Numbered from the stretch's first letter, positions 42,332 to 53,387 are shown. The stretch: 64,000 nucleotides of DNA from an uncultured delta proteobacterium (GCA_963745035.1 CAVUVW010000011.1:64001-128000), one strand, 5' to 3'. A program made the numbers and translations. Notes: generated from the letters alone by a model not told the origin.

Positions 42332-43519
42332 CTAGACGTCTTTCACGATGAGTTTCAGCTCGCGCTTGCCGAGGCGGCGGGCGCCGGTCTCGGTAACCGT
42401 GACCGTGTCGCCGATGCTGCCGCGTCCTTTTCCTTCCTTGGGCCGGACTTGCGGCTTGAGAATGAATGTCATGCCGGTTTTGAGCTCGATTTTTGAGAAC
42501 CGCTCAAGATCTTTGTCGCCCAGCAACGCCGGGCCATCGTCGCCCAACCCGCGCGCGTGCATCACCGGGTGGCTCCACAGATATTGTCCTTGCCCCTGGC
42601 GCTCGACGGTGTCGCGATAGATGTCGAAGAGCCAGCCGAAAGTCACGCCGGGTTTCATATTGTGGAGGATGGCATCGAAACAGGCGCGGGAGATATGAAT
42701 CAATTTTTGATACTCATCATCCGCCGCGCCGATCACCACCGGGCTCACCGCCTGCGCCGCGTAGCCGGCGTATTTGGCTTCGATCTCGTTGATCAGCCGG
42801 TCGCCTTTTTGAATCCGGTAGTCGGTCGGAACGAATGAGCTGTTGGTGAGTCCCGGCCCGGCGCTCAAGAAAAACAAAGTCGGCAGCTCGCCGCCGTTGG
42901 CGAGCATGGCGTGCACCATCGCGCCGTAAAGTTCCTTCTCGCTCACGCCGGGATTGGCGTTTTCGATCATCGCCGCGATGGTCTTTTCGACGATCTCCGC
43001 CGAGCGTTCGAGCATGGACACTTCCTCGGCGCTTTTCACCGCGCGAATCTCCTGCATCATTTCCGTGGCGTTGACAAACTGGGCTTGCGGAAACGCGTCC
43101 TGAATCGCTTTCACCGACGAGTAAGGGATGATCCCTTCGGGCGCGCGAAACAGGCCCGCCAGTCCGGAAATGCCGATGGTGCCTTTCTGCAAGCCTAGCT
43201 CGGTGATCCGCTCGATGGCGTTTTGTCCCCAGCGGTTGCGCCCGTCGCGCACGTCGCTGACCCATTTCTGCGCTCTCTCCCACCATGCCGCGCGGTTGAA
43301 GATATACGCCGTCACATCGCCTTCGCGCGGAAACACGGTGAAAACTTCGGTGGCGAAACCACCGATGGTCGTCAGATAGCGCGAATCCCCTTGGAGTTGT
43401 TCCCAGCGGCCGGTGTTCGCCGGCAAAAGCAAAACATCGATGCCGCGCTCAGCCATCGCCGCTCGTACGAGCCGGTAGCGCCGGTCGCGTTCCTGAATAG
43501 ACAACTGTGGAATCATCAT
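42332..43519 (-). CDS. M24 family (Xaa-Pro peptidase / creatinase-like) protein
   Basis: RAVKSAEE, PGVSEKEL, HARGL and DTVTVTETGARRL motifs. Confidence 0.83.
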   Translation of the reverse strand: MMIPQLSIQERDRRYRLVRAAMAERGIDVLLLPANTGRWEQLQGDSRYLTTIGGFATEVFTVFPREGDVTAYIFNRAAWWERAQKWVSDVRDGRNRWGQNAIERITELGLQKGTIGISGLAGLFRAPEGIIPYSSVKAIQDAFPQAQFVNATEMMQEIRAVKSAEEVSMLERSAEIVEKTIAAMIENANPGVSEKELYGAMVHAMLANGGELPTLFFLSAGPGLTNSSFVPTDYRIQKGDRLINEIEAKYAGYAAQAVSPVVIGAADDEYQKLIHISRACFDAILHNMKPGVTFGWLFDIYRDTVERQGQGQYLWSHPVMHARGLGDDGPALLGDKDLERFSKIELKTGMTFILKPQVRPKEGKGRGSIGDTVTVTETGARRLGKRELKLIVKDV

Positions 43520-43548
43520 GGTCCCCTTCGCTCTGGGTTTTCCTACGA

Positions 43549-43583
43549 TTTGAACTTTTTGAACGGCTTGAACGTTTTGAACG
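43549..43583. repeat. 9-bp-period TTGAAC array
   Basis: ttgaacttt-ttgaacggc-ttgaacgtt-ttgaacgaa. Confidence 0.75.
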
Positions 43584-43594
43584 AATGTTGTTGC

Positions 43595-44464
43595 TCAGTG
43601 CGACCCTTGATGGCCAAACCGATGCCCGATCTGGATGCGATTGCCGAACGGGTCATAGCCGTAAACCGTATGCCCGCCCTGCTCGTGCCAGGGAATCTTC
43701 GTTGGATCCGGACCCCAATAGAACTCGCGCCGGTTGAATTTTTCGAGAATCGGCGGATACAGCTCCGGCGCGATGCGAAAATCCACGTGCGGCCCTTTGA
43801 CCGCGCGCGTGCTGCGCTCGGCGACCTGATCGACTTTGCGCAGGATCACCAACTGCCCCGTGTTGGGAACCGTCAGCGTGACTTGATCGTCGCCGGGAAC
43901 CTGTGCTTCTTCGGCCAGACCGAACGTATCCCGATACCAGGCTTTGCCCTGATCCATATCGGTGACCTCGATGCGCACGTGACTGATTCTTCGAAGCGGC
44001 ACGATCTTTCCCTGCGGCTTGTCGTTCACCGGATCACGGCGAATAGAAAGCTCTAGTGTGTTGCCGTCGGGATCGAGCACGAACAGCGACTGCTTGATCG
44101 GAGAGGGCGCCGCATACTCGACCGGCCCGTGAACGCGCAGCTTTCTCTCCTCCGCCGCGCGCGCAATCTCGGCAATATCGTCGGCCGCAACTTCGAACCC
44201 GTAGACCACGCCCTCCAACGGCCGCGCGGGGTTCGGCGAGATCGGAAAATCCTGCAAAGCCACGCCCCAGCCTTTGTGATTGGCGAGGGTATAAAAAATG
44301 ATCTGCGGCACTTCGCGATTGAGACCGCGCAGATTGAGATTGGTCATATGATCGATCTCGCCGCCCATGAACGCGCCGTAAAAACGATGCGCCCGTCCCA
44401 GATCGTTGCTCGGAATCACCCCATGGTCGATGCGATCGATCGTCGGCTTTCCATTTGAGCTCAT
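43595..44464 (-). CDS. Two-domain VOC (glyoxalase/dioxygenase) family protein
   Basis: RIDH...DPDGNTLEL and RISH...DPFGNRIQI repeats. Confidence 0.85.
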   Translation of the reverse strand: MSSNGKPTIDRIDHGVIPSNDLGRAHRFYGAFMGGEIDHMTNLNLRGLNREVPQIIFYTLANHKGWGVALQDFPISPNPARPLEGVVYGFEVAADDIAEIARAAEERKLRVHGPVEYAAPSPIKQSLFVLDPDGNTLELSIRRDPVNDKPQGKIVPLRRISHVRIEVTDMDQGKAWYRDTFGLAEEAQVPGDDQVTLTVPNTGQLVILRKVDQVAERSTRAVKGPHVDFRIAPELYPPILEKFNRREFYWGPDPTKIPWHEQGGHTVYGYDPFGNRIQIGHRFGHQGSH

Positions 44465-44575
44465 CTCAATCTCCTCACGGATTCACAGAAACTACTTGCG
44501 GTTCAATGCGCTCGAATTGCTCATCGATATCCGAATTTCGTACTGTTGCCTATCGCCTCGTGCCTGTTGCCTATT

Positions 44576-45728
44576 TTATTTTCCCGACTTCTGCCGCGCG
44601 GCGTTGATCAAATCCCCCACCGGCTTCCATTCCATCCAGTCATGCCGGCTGATTTCGATATAGTCCACGTCTTTTCTTCGCCGCGCCGGCTCGGGCACCA
44701 CGCTGAGCGGTAAATCCTCGCGCATGGAAGTCGTCGTATCGTCTTCCATGGTGTTGTTGGCTTGGCGAAACGCGATCTGCCCGTCGCGTGACAAGTACCA
44801 GTTGAGGAAAACCTTCGCCGCATTGGCGTGCGGATGATTGTTCATCAGGACAATCGCGCCGTTGTTGGAGCCGATCCCGGGCGCTTCCTTGAAATGATAC
44901 GGGCTCACTTCCGAGACCGGCAGACCCTGTTCGTGCGCCCGCCGCAGCCGGCAAAGAATACAGATCTGATACTTGCCGGCGGCCAGCCAATCGGTGCCCT
45001 GCCGAAAGTCGCTGAAGTAGGTAATGATCCATCTCGCTGTAAAGCCGCTCGAGAAATTTCGGTCCGACCTGTGGATGATGATACATAAAAAGCAGCGCGG
45101 TCGAGACGTAGTTGGCGCGCGGCCATAAACCGATCATCTTGCCTTTCCACTTCGGGTCGAGGATGTCCCACACCGAACGGATCGAGTCCAAGTTGACCAG
45201 TTTCGTGTTGGTGTAAACCGGCGGGCCGTAGAGCGAGCTTTGGTAGACGAAAACAAATTGATTCTCGGGATCGACGTAGCGGTGCTTGCCTTTCCACCAT
45301 TTGGCAAGATCGATCACCTCGGGCAGCACCAGCGCCGGCGGCATCGGGTCGAGCGCCTTGCCGCGATAGAAGCTGTTGTACGTCGCGCCCGGCGCGCCGA
45401 GCATGACGTCGACCAGAAACTGCCCGGCGCGGCGTTCGGCCATCACCTTGGTGACGATCTCGCTGGTCGTGCTGATCCCCGTCGCATTGAGCTTGATCTT
45501 GGGAAATTTTTTCTTGAACGCCTCCCAGATCACTTGCAGGTCACCGACCGAGTTCGTCGCGTAGACGGTGACCTCGCCTTCCTTCTCCGCGGCCTTAACG
45601 ACATCCTCCCAACGGCTCGGCGCCGAGCGCGGAGGATCGGCGCCGAACACCGAAGCCGCCATTATACAAATTGACGCCGTAGCCGAAGCGATCCAAGCCC
45701 GCATCCTGTGTTTTCCGTCGTGCTTCAT
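44576..45728 (-). CDS. Extracellular solute-binding protein (Fe/spermidine-type; frameshift near 45025)
   Basis: AAEKEGEVTVY, ERRAG, DPKWKGK and HPHANAAKVFLNWYLSRDGQ motifs. Confidence 0.83.
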
Positions 45729-45741
45729 ATCTCAGTCCTCG

Positions 45742-46689
45742 CTATTCCAGGCTGATCTCCCGGCCAAGGCCGCGCTTGCGCGCCTCTTCGTAGGCCCACG
45801 CCGCCAAAGCCAGATCGCCATAGCCGCCCTGCGAATCGCGAAACACGATGATGCTCTTCGATCGATCCGGCGGCGCAGCTTTGCCCGCGATCATATCGCC
45901 GAGCTCGACCACCGAATTCCACGAAATAGTCCCCGCGCGCGACAGGCGAATCAGCGGCTGGTCCAACCGTGTATCGTAATATCCGAGCTCATGAGTTTTG
46001 CTGGTCACGCAGATCAAGGCGGCGCGCAAATATACTTCATCGTCGAATTCATTGGGCCGCCCGATACCGAAAATCGCAAGTCCCGGACGCAGCCATCGTC
46101 CGAGCAATGCCGCCGCCGGCGAGTTGGTGCTGACCAGCACGAAATCCGCGCCATCGATGGCTTGCTCGGCGGAGGCCACGGCCTGAACCGGAATTTCTAG
46201 TTGCTCACTTGCTTTGCGCGCGAAAGCTTCGCGCTTTTCCGCGCTCCGGCTGTAGACCAGAACCCGTTCGAGCGAGCGTGCCGCCACTGCCGGCGTGAGA
46301 GCCGACAGCGCCAGCCGGCCGCTGCCGATCATCGCCGCCGCGCGCGCTTTGGGATCGGCGAAGCGGTCGATGGCGAGGCCGACGGTCGCGCTGATGCGCA
46401 GATTGCTGAACGGATAGCCCATCAGCGCCACCAGATCTCCCGAGCGAATACTGAACAGCAGCGCCATCGCCTCCCCGCCCGTCACGCTGACGCGGAAGCC
46501 GGTCTTGTCCTGTGCTTCGAGCGCACCTGCCACCATGCGCATGCCGCGGTTCATGAGCCGGAGCGGCGCCACCTGACCGACCTTGCCGTCGGATTGTTCG
46601 CGAAACGTCTGCTCCAGCACCGTCATCGCGCTTTTGAGATCGAGCATCGAGGAAATTTCTGTGCGTTTGAGTAAAAGCGCCACGATCAA
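45742..46689 (-). CDS. Ornithine cyclodeaminase / mu-crystallin family
   Basis: IGSGRLA, VYSRS, ELGDMI and DSQG motifs. Confidence 0.85.
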   Translation of the reverse strand: MIVALLLKRTEISSMLDLKSAMTVLEQTFREQSDGKVGQVAPLRLMNRGMRMVAGALEAQDKTGFRVSVTGGEAMALLFSIRSGDLVALMGYPFSNLRISATVGLAIDRFADPKARAAAMIGSGRLALSALTPAVAARSLERVLVYSRSAEKREAFARKASEQLEIPVQAVASAEQAIDGADFVLVSTNSPAAALLGRWLRPGLAIFGIGRPNEFDDEVYLRAALICVTSKTHELGYYDTRLDQPLIRLSRAGTISWNSVVELGDMIAGKAAPPDRSKSIIVFRDSQGGYGDLALAAWAYEEARKRGLGREISLE

Positions 46690-46906
46690 CGTCCCTGTGA
46701 AGCGAAGGCTGCGGACGAGCGCAATCTACTAACGATAGGTGAATGAGGTCAAGGCGAGCTGAAGACTTTGCAGTGGCAGCGCGTCGCAAAAGCCGAGGGA
46801 AGTCGTTCCGCCGGTGAAACGCGCGAGGAGCGCGCACGATCGGCGCAGTGCGAACGACTTGAGCGCGGCGTGCCAAGCTCAGATCGCCGATCGAAAACGA
46901 AGGCGC

Positions 46907-47446
46907 TTACTTTTTCGTATCTTTGATATCGGTGATCTTGACGTCGAACGACAAAGTTTTTCCCGCTAGCGGATGATTGAAATCCATGACCACCGTTTTT
47001 TCCTTGACCTCGTGCACGCGCACCGGAACTCCTTCTCCGGCCGGGCCTTGGGCCAGCAGCATCGTGCCCACCTTGAGCGCCTCGGGCGGCACGCTTTCTT
47101 TGGGGATTTCTCGAAAAGCCTTGGGATCGACTGGACCGTAGGCATCCTCGGGTTTGACCGTGACTTTTTTCTCGCCGCCCACGGTCATGCCGGTAAGCTC
47201 CCTTTCCAGTCCGGGGATGATCTGTCCTGTGCCGTGTACGTAGTGCATGGGCACTTTGCCCTTGCTCGTATCGACCACTCGGCCGCTCTCGTCCGTCAAG
47301 GTGTAATCAAAAGACACCTCGGCGCCAGACTGCACGACAGAATCGGGCTTAGTTGCGCTCTGCGCCGGGCCGATGTTGCCGGGAAAATCGGCGGCGAGCA
47401 GCGAAATAGTGAGAGAAACAGCGGCGAGAAATCGAAACGGCAACAT
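46907..47446 (-). CDS. SlyD-type FKBP peptidyl-prolyl isomerase with N-terminal signal peptide
   Basis: GGAGGT RBS; IIPGLE, PEDAYG and DFNHPLAGKTL motifs; no His-rich tail. Confidence 0.87.
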   Translation of the reverse strand: MLPFRFLAAVSLTISLLAADFPGNIGPAQSATKPDSVVQSGAEVSFDYTLTDESGRVVDTSKGKVPMHYVHGTGQIIPGLERELTGMTVGGEKKVTVKPEDAYGPVDPKAFREIPKESVPPEALKVGTMLLAQGPAGEGVPVRVHEVKEKTVVMDFNHPLAGKTLSFDVKITDIKDTKK

Positions 47447-47552
47447 GATCACCTCCGGAGCGGTTGCTGGAACGGCACGTGACAATTTCAAGCTACGTGC
47501 TAATCCGTCCGACTTCAACCACGCCGCTGCATGAGGCATAAAACGATTGTCT

Positions 47553-48581
47553 TTATTGCGACAGAATCTTTTTAATCCGCTCCACGACCTCCGGCGGCTG
47601 CTCGATGACTGCCTTGGCGATCTTGGCCAATTCCTCACCGCTCACCGCCTGGATCTCGAGATTGCTTTTGGCGGCTTCCGCCAACAGCGCCGGATCGGCC
47701 ATGCTCTTCATGAACGCGTCTTGCAAAATTTTGACGCGGTCCGCGGGCAGCCCCGGCGTAGTAACGATCGGCCGGCCCAGCTCGCCGGAACCGAGCATGA
47801 CGGTGACCACTCGCCTTCCCAGATCCGAGGTTTTGAATTCGTTCATCAACTCGCTGAGCAGCGGCGTATCCGGCAGCCGTGGATCTTTCTTTTCGCCGGT
47901 CTGCATCAGAATGCGGACAAACCCTTTCTTGCGCCAAGTGTGATAGGGCTCGCGCGCAAAGTAGGCCGCGGTGGTAAAAGAGCGGCATACGACTTCGTTG
48001 CGCTCGGTGGCGAGATCGATCTCATTGCCGCCGGCATAGCCAGTGACGATGGTAAACTTGGTGCCGAGGGCTTCTTCGAGCATGCGGGGAATGTAGTGGC
48101 CGCTGGTTCCCGTACCGGTGGCGCCGCATTTCGGCGCTTCACTCGCCTTGCGCACGTCTTGTATGGTCTTGTACGGCGTGTCGGTGCGCATGTAGAGCAT
48201 GTGTTCCGACTTATCGGAGCTCGCAAGCCAGGTGAATTTCGGCCAATCGAATTTTACTTCCTTGTTGCCCTGGAGCTGGTTGAAATAGTGCGCCGGGTTG
48301 ATCGAGGCAATCGTGAGACCGTCGGGCTTGGCCACGCCATACACGTAGTTCGCGGCCACCATGCCGCCGGCGGCCGGCATGTTCTGCACCACCACGGTCG
48401 GATTGCCGGATATGTACTTGCCGATATGGTTTGCGAGCAGCCTGCCGTACATGTCGTACGCCGTCCCCGCTCCCGAGCCGACGATCAAGTTAATCGTCTT
48501 GCCTTGATAAAACGTGCTCTGCGCACCCAGCGGACTCGCCGCCAGCGCGAACAATGCGGTGAATAAAAAACTGAATTTCAT
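47553..48581 (-). CDS. TctC/Bug family substrate-binding protein
   Basis: FYQGKTINLIVGSGAG, QNMPAAGG and GYAGG motifs. Confidence 0.87.
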   Translation of the reverse strand: MKFSFLFTALFALAASPLGAQSTFYQGKTINLIVGSGAGTAYDMYGRLLANHIGKYISGNPTVVVQNMPAAGGMVAANYVYGVAKPDGLTIASINPAHYFNQLQGNKEVKFDWPKFTWLASSDKSEHMLYMRTDTPYKTIQDVRKASEAPKCGATGTGTSGHYIPRMLEEALGTKFTIVTGYAGGNEIDLATERNEVVCRSFTTAAYFAREPYHTWRKKGFVRILMQTGEKKDPRLPDTPLLSELMNEFKTSDLGRRVVTVMLGSGELGRPIVTTPGLPADRVKILQDAFMKSMADPALLAEAAKSNLEIQAVSGEELAKIAKAVIEQPPEVVERIKKILSQ

Positions 48582-48932
48582 AGTCCCTCCCCGGCGCTGC
48601 TTGAGATCGAGCGGCGCCATACTAATGCGCGGCAAGGAGGCAAATCAAGGGTGAAGATGCGCATTCCAAACAAATGGCATGTCGCGAAATTCGTTCACCG
48701 CGCGAAAACTGTGCATTCCTCCAGGGGAACCACCGTGGGCACGGTGGTCCGGCGCTGACATTTACGGGCACTCTCGCCAATCCCGGCGATCGACGATAAT
48801 CTATTGCTCCCAAAAGTTCGCTGCTATTGCGCGGAGGGCATTGCGCGCGCTGCGATCGGAGCGAGTGGACCGGGGTACAAAACTTGCTTTGAACGAGTCG
48901 TTTGAGTATTCAAGGGAGGACCCCCAGTTGTT

Positions 48933-49850
48933 ATGACAAGCCGCGAACGGAATTGGCCCATGGGATGGAAAGGATTCCTAGGCGTCGCGAGCTGCGTGAC
49001 CGTCTTGGCTGTTGTCTATTTCGGTTACGGTGCCGGCACGAAGTCGCCCCAGAAAAACGTCGTTGCCGAAGCGAAACCCGCGGTCCAGAAGCGGCCTGTT
49101 CGAGCGATGAATCTCGCGCTCGGCAACATGGTCTTCTTTGCTCACGAGCTCGGCTTTACCGTGACGAGCGCCAAGGGCGCAACCGTCGACTCCGCCAAGA
49201 TCGCCGCGCGTATCGAGAACCAGTTGCACGGTGTGCGGGAGCTGTATCGCCAAGCGATCGCCAAGAATCCCTCCCTCGCCGGCGGCCTGGTGTTGCAATT
49301 TAGCATCGCACCCGGCGGCGAAGTAAGCCATGTGCACGAGCTTTCTGCGCGGCTGAGCGATGGCGAGTTCAAAAAGGCCGTCGTCGCACAAGCCGCGACG
49401 TGGTCGTTCGCCGAACTCGTCGCGGAAAATCTGCTAGTTACTTGCCCGCTGCTGTTCGTCCACGAAGGGATGGACATCACCACACTCATCCAGTGGGAGA
49501 AATCCGTCGAGGCCCCGGCCGCGAAAACGGTGACCGCGCGTCCGTCTGGCAATCCGCTTGCTGCCGCGTCCGCATACGCAGCCGCAAGCGCAGGCACCGG
49601 CCCGGCGCCTGTCGGTGTTCCACGCGCGAGCGTGAGAACGGACGGAAGAGAATTTCAGATCAAGTACGCTACTGCTCTTCGCGCAAATCCGAATTTTTCC
49701 GCCCCTTCCTTGTTGACCTTCGCCATTGGCACGAAAGTGACAGTGCTGCGGCGCCAAGGTGATTGGCTGGAGGTCCGTTCGAGAACAGACGGACCGACCG
49801 GTTTTATTCGCAAGGAATTTGTCACGCCTCTGGAAACGGTCCGCAAGTAA
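48933..49850 (+). CDS. Membrane-anchored AgmX/PglI (TonB C-terminal-like) domain protein with C-terminal SH3b domain
   Basis: N-terminal TM; YRQAIAKNPSLAGGLVLQFSI; LRANP...GDWLEV...GFIRKEFV. Confidence 0.72.
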   Translation: MTSRERNWPMGWKGFLGVASCVTVLAVVYFGYGAGTKSPQKNVVAEAKPAVQKRPVRAMNLALGNMVFFAHELGFTVTSAKGATVDSAKIAARIENQLHGVRELYRQAIAKNPSLAGGLVLQFSIAPGGEVSHVHELSARLSDGEFKKAVVAQAATWSFAELVAENLLVTCPLLFVHEGMDITTLIQWEKSVEAPAAKTVTARPSGNPLAAASAYAAASAGTGPAPVGVPRASVRTDGREFQIKYATALRANPNFSAPSLLTFAIGTKVTVLRRQGDWLEVRSRTDGPTGFIRKEFVTPLETVRK

Positions 49851-50103
49851 GTTGTGCCGGGGCTTGCCGTCCGGCGTTCCCAGTGACCAGCAGGTGATGC
49901 GCTCCCGTCCTCAGCCCGGATGATTCATCGTCGGTAACTTAGAAGGTCTCCTGAGTAGGGCAGGGCGCGCCTTGCCCTATCGCCTGGCGTCACAGAGGCG
50001 CACGGTCCATTGCCCCATCTCACATGAATGGACGACTTTTCATTTTCATTTGTGAGGAGTGATCGCGCCGGATAGAATTGTCCACGTCCGACCGCCGTTC
50101 GCC

Positions 50104-51075
50104 ATGTCGAAGCTGCCTCATCGCCGCCCCTGGGAAGTGTGCGCGCGCGAAGCGACGCCTGAAACGATCTTTCGCGAGCGCCGCCGTTTCCTCAAGATAA
50201 CCGGCTCCATCGGCCTGGGACTCGCCGCGCTCGGTTTTCCCGGGTGCGGTCCGGCGCGCGACGCGTCGGTCATCGGCGCGCAGGAAAATCCGCCGGCGCT
50301 CGATCTCTACCCCGCTCGACGCAATCCACGTTTTCCATTGGACCGCCCGCTGACCGAGGAAGCCTATGCTGCTTCGTACAATAATTTCTACGAGTTCAGC
50401 GTGTTCAAGGGCGGCGTTTACAAGAAAACGGCGCGTTGGCGCACCTCGCCGTGGCAAGTGGAAATCGGCGGGCTGGTCGAGAAACCGCGCGTCGTTGATA
50501 TCGCCGAGCTGATTCGCGCCATGCCGCTCGAAGAGCGGCTTTACCGTTTTCGCTGCGTCGAAGCCTGGGCCATGGCCGTGCCTTGGACCGGTTTTCCGCT
50601 GCGCGATCTCATCACAGCCGTGCAGCCGCTTTCCGCCGCGAGATATGTCCGTTTTACAGCGTTCCTCAAGCCGCAAGAAGCGCCCAATCAACATCCTTCC
50701 CGAGGTCCTTGGCCCTACACGGAAGGCTTGACCATCGCGGAAGCGATGAACGAATTGACCTTGTTGGCGACCGGCATTTACGGTCGTCCGCTACCGAAGC
50801 AGCACGGCGCGCCGCTCCGTCTGGTCGTGCCCTGGAAGTACGGCTTCAAGAGCATCAAGTCGATCGTCAGAATCGATTTCACCGCGGAGCAGCCGCGCAC
50901 GTTTTGGAACAGCAATCGGCCGCGAGAATATGATTTTACCGCTAACGTCGATCCGACTCTCCCGCATCCCCGCTGGTCGCAGGCGAGCGAAAAACTGATC
51001 GACACCGGCGAGCGCCGCGCGACTTTGCCTTATAACGGTTACGGCGAATGGGTGGCTGGACTTTATAGAACCTAG
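50104..51075 (+). CDS. msrP: Protein-methionine-sulfoxide reductase catalytic subunit
   Basis: Tat motif RRRFLK; YNNFYEF, RCVEAW and HGAPLRLVVPWKYGFKSIKSI motifs. Confidence 0.93.
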   Translation: MSKLPHRRPWEVCAREATPETIFRERRRFLKITGSIGLGLAALGFPGCGPARDASVIGAQENPPALDLYPARRNPRFPLDRPLTEEAYAASYNNFYEFSVFKGGVYKKTARWRTSPWQVEIGGLVEKPRVVDIAELIRAMPLEERLYRFRCVEAWAMAVPWTGFPLRDLITAVQPLSAARYVRFTAFLKPQEAPNQHPSRGPWPYTEGLTIAEAMNELTLLATGIYGRPLPKQHGAPLRLVVPWKYGFKSIKSIVRIDFTAEQPRTFWNSNRPREYDFTANVDPTLPHPRWSQASEKLIDTGERRATLPYNGYGEWVAGLYRT

Positions 51076-51142
51076 TCGAGGATCGATGATGGAGGATGGA
51101 GATGGAATCGCGATCCTCGATCCTCCATTTTCTATACTCGCG

Positions 51143-52256
51143 TCATTGGATCAACTGCTTGAGCGCCTTGGCGAGAATCTCAACGTTCTCCGTCCGCGCT
51201 CCATGTCCCATCAAACCGACGCGCCAGATTTTTCCCTTGAGCGGTCCGAGGCCGGCGCCGATTTCGATGTTGAAATCGTCGTACAAGCGCTGGCGCACCT
51301 TCGGATCGTCGACGCCGTCGGGGACTTTGACGGCGTTGATCATCGGGGCGCGGATCGATTCGGCGACCGCCGGCTCCAGCTCGAGCTTGCGCATCTCGCG
51401 GATGAAGGTTTCGTGGGTCGCGCGATGGCGCTGCCACGCCGCTTGCAGACCTTCTTCGAGAACGACGCGCAGCGCTTCATGCAGCGCGTAATTCATCGAG
51501 ATCGGCGCGGTGTGGTGATAGACGCGCTCGCTGCCCCAGTATTTTTCGATCATCGAGAGATCGAGATACCAGCTCTGGACTTTGGCTTTGCGCGCGGCGA
51601 ATGACTTCCACGGCGCGCTCACTGAAGGTCACCGGCGACAAGCCCGGCGGACAGCCCAGACATTTCTGCGTGCAGCTGTAGCAGGCGTCGATGCCGAGCT
51701 CATCGACTCGCACCGGCGCGCCGCCGAGCGAAGTCACTGTATCCACGAGCAGCAGCGCGCCGCTCTCGCGCACGATTTTTGCGATGTCGTCGAGCGGCTG
51801 CAGCACGCCGGTGGAGGTCTCGGCGTGGACGAGCGCCGCGAGCTTGTATCGCTTTTGCGCCAGCGCGGTTTTGAATTGCTGCGCGTCGAGCGCGCTGCCC
51901 CACGCCGCGTCCACAGTGTCGACCTCGGCGCCGCAGCGCTGGGCGACGTCGACCATGCGCGTGCCGAAGACGCCGTTTACGCCGATCAGCACGGCGTCGC
52001 CGGGCTCGACGAGATTGGCGAAGCAGGTCTCCATGCCGGCGCTGCCGGTGCCGGACATGGGCAGAGCGAGGCGATTCTTCGTCTGAAAAACTTCGCGCAG
52101 CATCGCCATGCTCTGATCCATGATTTCCAAAAATTTTGGATCGAGATGGCCGATGACGGGAAGTGACAGGGCTTGGAACACGCGCGGATGGACCGGGCTC
52201 GGCCCCGGGCCGAGCAACGTGCGAACGGGCGGATTGGCTTTTGGCGCTGCGGGCAT
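51143..52256 (-). CDS. Alanine-glyoxylate / serine-pyruvate aminotransferase (class V; frameshift near 51590)
   Basis: [27 protein letters not shown] and YHHTAP motifs. Confidence 0.9.
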
Positions 52257-52277
52257 AAATAAAGTTCCTCGTGTGAG

Positions 52278-53165
52278 CTACTCGTCGGCTTTGACGTGCA
52301 GCTCCATGCTGCCGATTTTCTCGATGGTGCCGTGCAGATGATCGCCGGGGTTGAGCTTGCTCACGCCCGCGGGCGTGCCGGTGGTGATCAAATCGCCGGG
52401 GCGCAGGGTTAAACAGCCCGACAGAAAACGGATGTGCTCGCGCAGGCCGCAGATCATGTCGCTGGTGTGCGCGACCATCGCTTCCTTGCCGTTCTGCAGC
52501 ACTTTGATCGAAAGATTCTGCGGCTCGTCGATCTCGTCGCGCGTGACGATCCACGGCCCCAGCGCGCTGAAGGTGTCGAAGCCTTTGCGGATATTGCGCG
52601 TGTTGTGCATGCCCTTGCCCCACGGGTCGCGCTGGCTGATATCCCAGCAGATCGTGTAACCGAATACGTGATCGAGCGATTGCTCCTCGCTGACTTTGCG
52701 CGCGCGTTTGCCGATGACCGCGCAGAGCTCGCACTCGAAGTCGACGAGCTTGGAGATCTTCGGCAGGATAATGGCGTCGCCCGGACCGATGATCGACGAG
52801 GTTGTCTTAAGAAAAAATTCCGCCATCAGATCGTCTTTATTCTTGATCTCCTTGTTGGCGCTGCCCATGCGGTCGACCATTTCGGCTCGATGGGCGTAAT
52901 AGTTCGCCGCCGCGGCCCACAACGAGCCGGGATTGGTGATCGGCGCAAGCAGCTTCACCGATAACAAATCTTCCCCGCTCGTGCTGCTTTCGGCGTCTTT
53001 GGCAATCTGCATCGCCTTGGGATTGTTGGCCAGCGCGTCGATGATCTCCAACATCGTGTAACCCTGGCGCGCGAGCCCTGCTTTGATCAGATTCTCGCCG
53101 ATGTTGACGACTTTATTGCCGACGACCACGCCCGCCTGATGATTGTTGTAATGGCAAATTTTCAT
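52278..53165 (-). CDS. Fumarylacetoacetate hydrolase family protein
   Basis: DFECEL, DISQRD, KGFDTF and TGTPAGV motifs. Confidence 0.9.
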   Translation of the reverse strand: MKICHYNNHQAGVVVGNKVVNIGENLIKAGLARQGYTMLEIIDALANNPKAMQIAKDAESSTSGEDLLSVKLLAPITNPGSLWAAAANYYAHRAEMVDRMGSANKEIKNKDDLMAEFFLKTTSSIIGPGDAIILPKISKLVDFECELCAVIGKRARKVSEEQSLDHVFGYTICWDISQRDPWGKGMHNTRNIRKGFDTFSALGPWIVTRDEIDEPQNLSIKVLQNGKEAMVAHTSDMICGLREHIRFLSGCLTLRPGDLITTGTPAGVSKLNPGDHLHGTIEKIGSMELHVKADE

Positions 53166-53387
53166 GTTCGAACCTCCGCACAGAGCAGATTCGCAAGCTC
53201 AATTTTCATACCTGATGGAACGCGCAAAGTCCAACGAGCGCGGCGTGATCGCGCTCTTATGGCGCCGTTGGCGCGCGCGGAAGTGCGCGCAGATTTCTTA
53301 TTGACAGCGGCGTCGTACCTAGTTTATCCCTGCTAACGGTTGACCGATCCCTCACGAAGCGCGAAACCTTAACGAAAGGAAAGAAAC

